NCBI RefSeq assembly: GCF_900232105.1
Contig: NZ_LT934425.1
Coordinates: 2,370,001 to 2,402,000, forward strand
DNA length: 32,000 bases
Reading direction: 5' to 3'
From: Candidatus Kuenenia stuttgartensis
Lineage (GTDB): Bacteria; Planctomycetota; Brocadiia; Brocadiales; Brocadiaceae
Part shown: positions 8,746 to 15,647 of the stretch, one piece after another
Numbering within the stretch: position 1 is the stretch's first letter
Layout: every line of letters begins with the position of its first letter
Program-made: the position numbers and the translations under genes
Notes under the pieces: generated by a model
The model's database searches: none
What the model saw: the letters and a program-made list of their open reading frames with translations, nothing else
What the model was told of the DNA's origin: nothing

Positions 8746-8793
8746 GCGGCCTTTGGCCGCAACCAAAAAGGTGATTTTTAGTTTATTATAAAG

Positions 8794-10442
8794 TATAGTA
8801 GTATCCTCGTAAATAGTAATCAGACAATTTGGAGGACACTACTTATGAATAAGTTGATGGAATTATATCGAGACAGGATCGTGGGTGCAATAAGCGGTCT
8901 GGACAGGATTCGTTTTCGCGGGACATTGCGGTGGTTGGCCAGTGAGCGTGGGATGGGAACATTCATGAACCAAGCGAGAATTCTGCTTAAGGATTTTTCC
9001 GGTTGGGTCAATGGGCTTACGGCACAGGTGCGAGACAGTTGTGAATCGCGGGCGAAAGATTTGGGTATCGAGGTGCGGTATTTGATGAGCAGCGGTGTTG
9101 ATAAGGAGAAGTTGGCTCGCCAGATCGCGGCGGATAAGAGGATTACGGAAGGTTCCATCTGCCTGTTGAGTGTGGTAGAGCCTTGTATTGCGCCGATGGT
9201 CAAGGGCAACAAGGCCAGCAAGAAGCTCGAGTTGGTAATGGCGCCCCGCAAGTGTGTCTTTGTGTATCATTATTTTAATGATCCAGTGTTTGGTTTTGGT
9301 CATGTTCGTATCCAGAGTTGGGCGCCGTTTAATATTTTCATTTGTCTCAATGGTCGTCATTGGCTGGAGCGGCAACTTCAGAAGCAAGGTATTGATTATG
9401 TTAAGGACGGCAACTGTTTTGTGCGTATAGAGGATATTGCGGCTGCGCAGGTTCTGCTCCATGAGCAGCTTAAGACTGACTGGGCGAAGCTGCTGAACGG
9501 GCTTGCGTTGGGCAGTTGCCCGGCATTGTCGCAGATTCTTCGTCCGTTGGAACCGGAGTATTACTGGTCTGCGGATGAGACGGAGTGGGCGACGGACATC
9601 ATGTTTAAATCGGTTGAGGCATTGGAGGAGTTGTTTCCATCGTTTGTTCATCATGCGATGCGGGTTTGCGACAGTTCTTCGGTGATGAAGTATTTGGGTA
9701 GGCGTAACCTTGCAGGCGCTGCCCCTGATGAGGTTATCAGCGACTATCGAAGACGCTATGAAGGTATACGGGTCAAGCACAGTGTGAATTATAATTCAGT
9801 GAAGATGTATAACAAGAGCGGTAGTCTCTTGCGTATTGAGACAACGATCAATAATACGCGGGACTTTAAGGTCTTTCGGAGTCCCAATGATGATGAAGGC
9901 AAACCGGCGTCATGGCAGAAGATGCGTAAGGGCGTAAGCGATCTTCATCGACGGTGTGAGGTGAGCCAACAATGCAATGATCGTTATGGGGATGCTTTGG
10001 CGGCGGCTCAGGTAGAGGAGAAACTGAAAGAAGTGGTGAGCAGCGCTTGTAACAAGGTTGTCAAAGAGGGCAAGAGGTATCGAGGTTTGAATCCCTGGCA
10101 GCAGGATGATTACCAGATGCTGATGTTCCTGTCCAAAGGCGAAAACGCGATAAATGGATTCCGCAACCATGATTTGCGTAAGTGGCTTTACCGGGAATCC
10201 GAACAATCCGGCAAGGATCAGCAAAAGAAATATTCCGGACGAACGACCCGACGGATAAAGATGCTGCGGGCACACGGTCTAATCCGCAAAGTTCCGAGGG
10301 CCAACCGCTATGTTTTGACGGAGAAAGGCCAGAAGTTCTCTTGTTCACTGATGACCGCTTCAGCCCTTGATATTAAAGCACTTACGGAAATGGCGGCATG
10401 AAAAACACGCATAAAAAACAAGAAATTGATGGATAGTAGTAT
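8794..10442 (+). mobile_element. G+C-rich single-ORF insertion of about 1.65 kb (candidate IS of unassigned family) inside RayT pseudogene copy 1; ends uncertain by about 50 bp
   Basis: It separates the two halves of one transposase pseudogene. Hand counts give 35/60 and 36/60 G+C inside (8881-8940, 9481-9540) against 25/60 and 17/60 in flanking lines (8161-8220, 10741-10800). ATAGTAGTAT occurs at 8795-8804 and 10433-10442. TATAAAG occurs at 8787-8793 and 10440-10446. Confidence 0.55.
8845..10401 (+). CDS. Hypothetical 518-aa protein of the inserted element, with a C-terminal winged-helix-like region and a possible transposase role (family not recognised)
   Basis: Long ORF with GGAGG 9 nt upstream of the ATG. 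Codon usage is G/C-rich, unlike its neighbours. The C-terminus RTTRRIKMLRAHGLIRKVPRANRYVLTEKGQKF resembles a MarR-type wHTH. I see no DDE, HUH, or serine/tyrosine recombinase signature by eye. Confidence 0.8.
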   Translation: MNKLMELYRDRIVGAISGLDRIRFRGTLRWLASERGMGTFMNQARILLKDFSGWVNGLTAQVRDSCESRAKDLGIEVRYLMSSGVDKEKLARQIAADKRITEGSICLLSVVEPCIAPMVKGNKASKKLELVMAPRKCVFVYHYFNDPVFGFGHVRIQSWAPFNIFICLNGRHWLERQLQKQGIDYVKDGNCFVRIEDIAAAQVLLHEQLKTDWAKLLNGLALGSCPALSQILRPLEPEYYWSADETEWATDIMFKSVEALEELFPSFVHHAMRVCDSSSVMKYLGRRNLAGAAPDEVISDYRRRYEGIRVKHSVNYNSVKMYNKSGSLLRIETTINNTRDFKVFRSPNDDEGKPASWQKMRKGVSDLHRRCEVSQQCNDRYGDALAAAQVEEKLKEVVSSACNKVVKEGKRYRGLNPWQQDDYQMLMFLSKGENAINGFRNHDLRKWLYRESEQSGKDQQKKYSGRTTRRIKMLRAHGLIRKVPRANRYVLTEKGQKFSCSLMTASALDIKALTEMAA

Positions 10443-10455
10443 AAAGAGATGTTAA

Positions 10456-10570
10456 ATGACAGGAAGACCGTATGGTAATGATGGCTTTATGAAAAAACTT
10501 GAAACATTATTTGGAAGAAGGTTAAGGAATCTTCCGTGGGGAAGATCAGGCAAAACCAATAAATATTCGA
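10456..10570 (+). pseudogene. RayT/IS200-type transposase, copy 1, 3' remnant
   Basis: MTGRPYGNDGFMKKLETLFGRRLRNLPWGRSGKTNK matches the conserved C-terminal tail of the same family (tGRPlG..F..klE...gr.l....GRP.K). The rest of track ORF 10456..10653 is read-through. Confidence 0.6.
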
Positions 10571-10609
10571 TGTTCCTGTTTCCTGTGGTAGTTAGGCGGA
10601 ATAATATAA

Positions 10610-10786
10610 ATGAAATACACACAATACTTTCTCTACACACGCCAAAGACCTGACAGGGCATATATAAAAGATGAATGGATTGGTTTCACTATCAAGAATC
10701 CTGTTCAAACTCAAATACAATCCGATGGGCGAATAAGAAAATGGGCAAAAATTAAAGGTGTAAGTTATGAAAATAAAATATTTTAA
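10610..10786 (+). CDS. Small 58-aa ORF, possibly a truncated partner of the DUF2283 gene
   Basis: Below the track's size cut-off. ATG 10610 gives MKYTQYFLYTRQRPDRAYIKDEWIGFTIKNPVQTQIQSDGRIRKWAKIKGVSYENKIF*. The segment I..eWi...i.nP....iQ.DGRirkWa resembles the N-terminal half of small proteins often found next to DUF2283 genes. It overlaps the next gene by 20 nt. Confidence 0.3.
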   Translation: MKYTQYFLYTRQRPDRAYIKDEWIGFTIKNPVQTQIQSDGRIRKWAKIKGVSYENKIF

Positions 10787-10976
10787 TGATACGGACACGG
10801 CTCTGCTGGAATTTACAGAAAAGCAGGTAAAAGAAACACGAGAGATATCAGAGAATATATATATCGACATTGATGAAAATGGCAATCTTGTTAGCATGAC
10901 AATTGAACATGCGAAAACAACAGCGCATCTGCCAGACATATCCTACCAACAAATAGAGAAAAAAGTTGTCGCATAA
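10767..10976 (+). CDS. DUF2283-family small protein
   Basis: 69-aa ORF. MKIKYFNDTDTALLEFTEKQVKETREISENIYIDIDENGNLVSMTIEHAK follows the DUF2283 pattern (YD.e.D.l.i.......s.e....i.D.de.G.lvgieI..A). Confidence 0.65.
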   Translation: MKIKYFNDTDTALLEFTEKQVKETREISENIYIDIDENGNLVSMTIEHAKTTAHLPDISYQQIEKKVVA

Positions 10977-11039
10977 AAAGAAGGGAAAATAGGGACAGCG
11001 GCTATTTATCATTACCAAGTCAAGGCAAAATGGTTATAT

Positions 11040-11315
11040 GTGTATTTTATACCACGAATTGCAAGAACGGTAGCCTCCGGTTATCCACATCATGTAACTC
11101 AAAGAGGAAACTATCAACAGCCAGTTTTTGAAGATGAATCAGATTTCATCCGATATCTTCAATGGCTACAGGAATACAGTACAAAATACCCCTTAAAAAT
11201 CTGGGCATATTGTCTTATGACTAAGCATGTTTGTGTCCCTGAGAAAGAGGATTCATTTGCACGCACATTTAATACGCTTCATATGAGGTACTCACAGTAT
11301 TTCAATCAAATATAA
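11040..11315 (+). pseudogene. RayT/IS200-type Y1 transposase, copy 2, truncated 5' fragment lacking the HUH motif
   Basis: 10991-11308 is a near-identical duplicate of 8223-8549. It keeps the GTG start (MYFIPRIARTVASGYPHHVTQRGN...). A 9-bp deletion (CATTTTGTT) turns MTNHVHFVCVPEKE into MTKHVCVPEKE. Homology stops after YFNQ at 11308. Confidence 0.8.
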
Positions 11316-11319
11316 ATAT

Positions 11320-11376
11320 AGGGACACATCCCATATTTTTCCACAAGATTAAGCAAGAAATATGGGATGTGTTCCT
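11320..11376. repeat. Near-perfect 18-19 bp inverted repeat (hairpin) at the junction of two truncated transposase fragments
   Basis: GGGACACATCCCATATTT (11321-11338) pairs with AAATATGGGATGTGTTCC (11358-11375), with one G:T position. The loop is 19 nt. An extra A:T pair at 11320/11376 extends the stem. Confidence 0.8.
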
Positions 11377-11383
11377 GATTCTC

Positions 11384-11611
11384 CATAATCCATGTATCCA
11401 TGGAAACATTTTTACGCATCTGCGGTGTTTTTTGCCATTTGCCCGCTACCATTTCCCCGGCGGCTGACAACCGCACCTTTTCATCAATCACATCACCAAA
11501 TGTAGTTTCCAGTGCCATTACATTACCAAACAAGAGTTTGGGAATCGGCGGAGAGAATTTGTTTAGCGGCAATTCGTGAATTCCCTCTGCATAGCAGCAG
11601 CACAAAGACAT
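11384..11611 (-). pseudogene. Fragment of a second type of Y1/IS200-like transposase (N-terminal part only)
   Basis: The minus-strand ORF reads ...FGDVIDEKVRLSAAGEMVAGKWQKTPQMRKNVSMDTWIM. This matches the pattern FG.i.dg.m.Ln..G.iv...W..l......v.lDe.viMPNHiH of COG1943-type proteins. The sequence breaks off where the MPNHxH (HUH) motif should be and runs into the 11320-11376 hairpin. Confidence 0.45.
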
Positions 11612-11631
11612 TTTTAACCATTGCTGTTTTG

Positions 11632-13689
11632 CTAAAAATTAAACTGTTGCAGTGCGTCACATACAGAAAGTGGTTTCCCAAAATAATGGCCTTGCGCGTA
11701 ATCTATGCCTATTTCCTTCAGTAATTGAAATGTTTCCTTCGTTTCAACAAATTCGGCGATGGTGAGTTTTTTTAATCCGCGTGCAGCCTCTACCATTCCC
11801 TTGACCAAATGCTGATCTACAGAGTTTTGTGAAAGGTGTTGAATAAAACTGCCGTCTATTTTGAGGTAATCCACTGGCAAATGTTTCAAATAATTAAATG
11901 ATGAAAAACCGCTCCCAAAATCATCCAGGGCAAAACGACATCCTATTGACTTAAGCGTTGCGATAAAATGCTGCGCCTTTGCGATGTTCTCTATGATTGC
12001 CGTCTCTGTTATTTCAAAAATGAGCATTTCGGGACGAAGGATATTTTCCCCGATTTCCCTTTTTATTATGGACAATAGTTCATTGTCGGAAAATGCCTTG
12101 CCTGACAGGTTTATTTCAAGAAATATACCGTTTTCATGCAGTTTCAGTTCTTTTATAATGCGGATTGCGTTGACGACTACCCATCTGTCGATTTCGTGTA
12201 TAATGCCAAATCGTTCGGCGGTGCCGAGGAATTTTAAAGGTGGGACAACCTCCTGATTTTTTTCAGTCAGGCGGAGCAATACCTCATAGGCAGTAATTTT
12301 GCGGGTTTTCACATTTATTATCGGCTGCAAATACAGTGCAAAGCTATTTTGTTCCAGCGCTATTTTGATTCTGCGCTTCCAGTCGTATTGCGTCTCGATG
12401 TGTATTTTATGTTCCAGCGAGAAGATACAGCCGCGGTCTCGCCCTTCATCTTTTGCCTGATACATTGCCATATCAGCGTTGGCGAGCAGTGTTTCCGCAG
12501 TATCGCCGTGTGCGGGAAACATTGCAATGCCGATGCTGACGGTTATATGCAGTGGATTCAGACTGTCAAGCGCAAGGCAGTTTCTTGTCAACTCCACAAG
12601 TTGTTTTGAGATGTGCTGTGCCTGTTCTTCCTCGGTATTAGGCAATATCACGGCAAACTCATCCCCTCCAAGCCTGGCGAGAATGTCTGTCTGCCGCAGC
12701 CTTTCTTTCAGAATACAGGACAATTTTATCAGCAATTCATCCCCGTGCTGATGGCCAAGGGTATCATTGACATATTTGAAATTGTCCAAATCCAGAAATA
12801 AAAGTGCTCCTTTGATATGGTTTCTTTGTGCTTCCAGAAGGCGTAGTTCGAGTTCTTCCTTAAAACGCCTGCGATTAAACAGGCAGGTAAGAGGGTCGTG
12901 ATCTGCTAAAAATACAAGCTGCGATTGAGAGGTTTTTATCTCGGTAATGTCTCTGGCAATGCCTTCTATGGAAATGACGTTTTTACTGCTGTCGAATACG
13001 GGCGCTTCCTGCATCTGCAGTGTTCGTGTTGCACCGTTTTTGTGGTACATTTCAATTTCATAAGGCGGCTGCTTGATCCCCTTTACGCTCCGCGCCAGGC
13101 ATTGGGCGGCATCGTTGTTTACCAGATGATCGGTCAGATATTCGCGGTAGCGGGTGTAAAACTCTTCAGGAGTATAGCCGAGGATGTTTTTGATGGAAGG
13201 GCTGATATATGTAAAAACACCGCTGGCATCACGTGTGAAGAAGAAATAATTATCCTGAAGGCCTTCTATCAGTCTCCGGTATCTTTCTTCAGATTTATGC
13301 AGTTCCGTTTCTGTTTGTATTCTTATTTTTGCCTGCTGGATGGTGAGCAGCATGCGGTCGATATCGAGGGGTTTTACCTCGTAAGAGATCACGTCTTTTT
13401 GCTTAATAGCTTCGATTGTGCTGTCGAGCGTTGCATGGCCGGTTATGTATATGTATTGCGTGGAAGGTGAAATACTCGCTAATTTTCCGACAAGTTCTGT
13501 GCCTTTAATATCGGGAAGTTCAATATCAACAAGTGCTAAATCAAAATGCTTGTTTTGGGCGGAGAGAAGAGCGTCGCTGCCAAGAGAAACTCTTTCGGCG
13601 GCGTAGCCGTTTATCTCCAGGATGTCCCTGATGTTTTCCCCAAGCTCTTTGTTGTCATCAACGAGGAGTATGTTAAATGGTTTTGTCAT
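11632..13689 (-). CDS. Response regulator with REC-PAS-GGDEF-EAL architecture (c-di-GMP synthesis/hydrolysis)
   Basis: REC domain (NILLVDDNKEL...DLALVDIELPD), a PAS region, GGDEF (ARLGGDEFAVIL), and EAL (YEVLLRL, DDFGSGFSSFNYLKHLPVDYLKIDGSFI). I moved the start to ATG 13689 (MTKPFNILLVDD) because the longer track ORF overlaps the upstream gene. Confidence 0.9.
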   Translation of the reverse strand: MTKPFNILLVDDNKELGENIRDILEINGYAAERVSLGSDALLSAQNKHFDLALVDIELPDIKGTELVGKLASISPSTQYIYITGHATLDSTIEAIKQKDVISYEVKPLDIDRMLLTIQQAKIRIQTETELHKSEERYRRLIEGLQDNYFFFTRDASGVFTYISPSIKNILGYTPEEFYTRYREYLTDHLVNNDAAQCLARSVKGIKQPPYEIEMYHKNGATRTLQMQEAPVFDSSKNVISIEGIARDITEIKTSQSQLVFLADHDPLTCLFNRRRFKEELELRLLEAQRNHIKGALLFLDLDNFKYVNDTLGHQHGDELLIKLSCILKERLRQTDILARLGGDEFAVILPNTEEEQAQHISKQLVELTRNCLALDSLNPLHITVSIGIAMFPAHGDTAETLLANADMAMYQAKDEGRDRGCIFSLEHKIHIETQYDWKRRIKIALEQNSFALYLQPIINVKTRKITAYEVLLRLTEKNQEVVPPLKFLGTAERFGIIHEIDRWVVVNAIRIIKELKLHENGIFLEINLSGKAFSDNELLSIIKREIGENILRPEMLIFEITETAIIENIAKAQHFIATLKSIGCRFALDDFGSGFSSFNYLKHLPVDYLKIDGSFIQHLSQNSVDQHLVKGMVEAARGLKKLTIAEFVETKETFQLLKEIGIDYAQGHYFGKPLSVCDALQQFNF

Positions 13690-13720
13690 TATATCGCATT
13701 TTCCTTCTGACTCGCCCGGG

Positions 13721-14464
13721 TCAGGTTTTTTCCTGTATAATATCCAGCAGCCTGTCAATATCCAAAGGTTTATCCAGACAAACACAGGCGTTTCTCTGCA
13801 GCGCCCTATCAACAAGGTTTCTTAATTCGTTCCGGTATCCTGTTATTAAAATCACGACAACAGAAGGGCGGATATCTCTTATGGCAAGGTAGGCGTCCAG
13901 ACCGTTCATGGTGGGTAGTTTCATATCCAGGAGTATGACGTCAAAAAGATTTTCCCGGGACATTTGCACGGCAGTGCTGCCGTCATTTGCCGTTTTTACC
14001 CTGTAGCCTTTTTCATGGAGAAGGTCTGACAGGCTTTCGCAAATATCGTTGTCATCGTCAACGACCATAATGAACGCTCCATTTTTCTGGGTGTGTTCAA
14101 TGGTTGAAAAAAGCTTTCCGAAGTTGAGAGGTTTGTGGAAAATGGCAAAAGCACCTTCCCTTAGAGCATTTACAAGAAGTCCCTCAACGGCATAAGCAGA
14201 TATCATAATTACAGGCAGCAGTGGATTAATCTGTTTGAGCGTTTTGTATGTATCAACGCCGTTCATAACGGGCATTTTTATATCCATTAAAACAAGATCA
14301 AATGGGTTTTCCTTCACTGCCTCTATTGCGTCAAATCCATCATGAACTGCGGTTGCCGAATAGCCTTTTGACTCAAAAATATCAATGCAATTCGTGCAAA
14401 AGTCTGCATTATCGTCCACGATAAGAATATGAAGTTTTTTTTCCACGGTATTTACCTGCAACAT
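13721..14464 (-). CDS. Tandem-receiver (REC-REC) response regulator without an output domain
   Basis: 247-aa ORF with two receiver domains: HILIVDDNADF...DLVLMDIKMPVMNG and FIMVVDDDNDI...DVILLDMKLPTMNG. Confidence 0.85.
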   Translation of the reverse strand: MLQVNTVEKKLHILIVDDNADFCTNCIDIFESKGYSATAVHDGFDAIEAVKENPFDLVLMDIKMPVMNGVDTYKTLKQINPLLPVIMISAYAVEGLLVNALREGAFAIFHKPLNFGKLFSTIEHTQKNGAFIMVVDDDNDICESLSDLLHEKGYRVKTANDGSTAVQMSRENLFDVILLDMKLPTMNGLDAYLAIRDIRPSVVVILITGYRNELRNLVDRALQRNACVCLDKPLDIDRLLDIIQEKT

Positions 14465-14513
14465 TTATTTCTCCCTTATTGAAAAACTGCTGAATGACCC
14501 ATATAGGGAATAG

Positions 14514-15647
14514 CTACGCTGTCTCTTCATATGTCACGGGCAATTGCAGAATAAAAGCCGCACCTTTCCCCTTTTCTGATTCCACTGTAATTGTTCCTCC
14601 ATGGCGTTCAATAATCATCTTGCAAATAGTCAAACCAAAGCCGATGCCTGTAGTTTTTGTGCTAAAAAGCGGTTCAAATATTCTTTCCCTGTCTTCCGGC
14701 ATAATGCCAGGCCCTGTATCCTGAATGCGTATTTCTATAAATCTGTTTTTCTCAAGAGGCTTTTCCAGACATGATATTGATAATATTCCGCATTCTTCCA
14801 TTGACTGGACGGCATTTACAATGATATTTCTGAAGACCATTTCTAATTGTCCTTTGTCTGCCTTGGCAACAAGGGTGTCTTCTATTTTCTTTTTGACGGC
14901 AATAGTTTGTGGCAGGTTCAGTGTTGTAAGCACGTTTTCAATAATAGCGTGTATCCCTGCTGTTTCCGTGTATGGTTCCTTCATTTTTGCCACATCGACT
15001 AGATTCTGTATTATCCCCGTAGCCTTTTTCACCTGCGACTTTATACGGTCGATATGCGTCTTTATTTTTTCATCAGCGTCTTTTAGTTTTAGCCCAAGAT
15101 AATACGCGGAACTGTCGATTACTCCGAGTGGGTTCTTGATTTCGTGGGCAATACTGCCGGAAACTTTGCCCAATACGGCGAGCCGTTCTGAAGAAATAAT
15201 TTCGTTTTCCATCTGTCTGTGCAAGGTAATATCGCGCCAGATACTTACAATGATGCCCTGCTCCTTCATATCCGGATTTTCTACAAGAGAGGCATTGACG
15301 CTGAAATACCTAATGCCGTCTGGGGTTGTTTTCTGAAAGCACACATCCTGGCTGAAGCCGTTCCGGCATACATTATCCGCCAGCGTCGCCCATTGCTCGC
15401 CGGCTTTACCGTCGAGCTGTTCGAGCCATACAAACAGATTTGTTTCTATTACATTTCTTAGTGTATTGCCGAACAAAGCGCAAAACACATCATTGGCTAC
15501 AATAATATTTTTCGTTGCGTCAGTGACTATTATGCCATTGTGCGTGGAACGTAAAATTGCCTCAAAGAACCGGATTGTCCGTTTCGCCGCTTCAAGTTCA
15601 TTTTTAATGAGACGGTCAGGCATTGTATTATGTGCTGTGGTCAACAT
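14514..15647 (-). CDS. Cytoplasmic PAS-domain sensor histidine kinase
   Basis: 377-aa ORF with a PAS region (NGIIVTDATKNIIVANDVF...), H-box SIAHEIKNPLGVI, and an HATPase_c domain (IRIQDTGPGI, FSTKTTGIGFGL). No transmembrane segments are present. Confidence 0.9.
   Translation of the reverse strand: MLTTAHNTMPDRLIKNELEAAKRTIRFFEAILRSTHNGIIVTDATKNIIVANDVFCALFGNTLRNVIETNLFVWLEQLDGKAGEQWATLADNVCRNGFSQDVCFQKTTPDGIRYFSVNASLVENPDMKEQGIIVSIWRDITLHRQMENEIISSERLAVLGKVSGSIAHEIKNPLGVIDSSAYYLGLKLKDADEKIKTHIDRIKSQVKKATGIIQNLVDVAKMKEPYTETAGIHAIIENVLTTLNLPQTIAVKKKIEDTLVAKADKGQLEMVFRNIIVNAVQSMEECGILSISCLEKPLEKNRFIEIRIQDTGPGIMPEDRERIFEPLFSTKTTGIGFGLTICKMIIERHGGTITVESEKGKGAAFILQLPVTYEETA

Noticed and set aside
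8746-8760. GC hairpin GCGGCC-TTT-GGCCGC, considered as a terminator or IS end
   Set aside because: No U-tract follows on either strand, and I cannot tell whether it belongs to the RayT remnant or to the insertion. I note it only as a landmark.
8863-10348. Long antisense and alternative-frame ORFs (305, 143, 121 and 95 aa) overlapping the 518-aa gene
   Set aside because: They lie inside the G+C-rich insert, where stop codons are rare in every frame. Their products are Arg/Pro/His-rich low-complexity sequences, and only the 518-aa frame has a Shine-Dalgarno site and protein-like composition.
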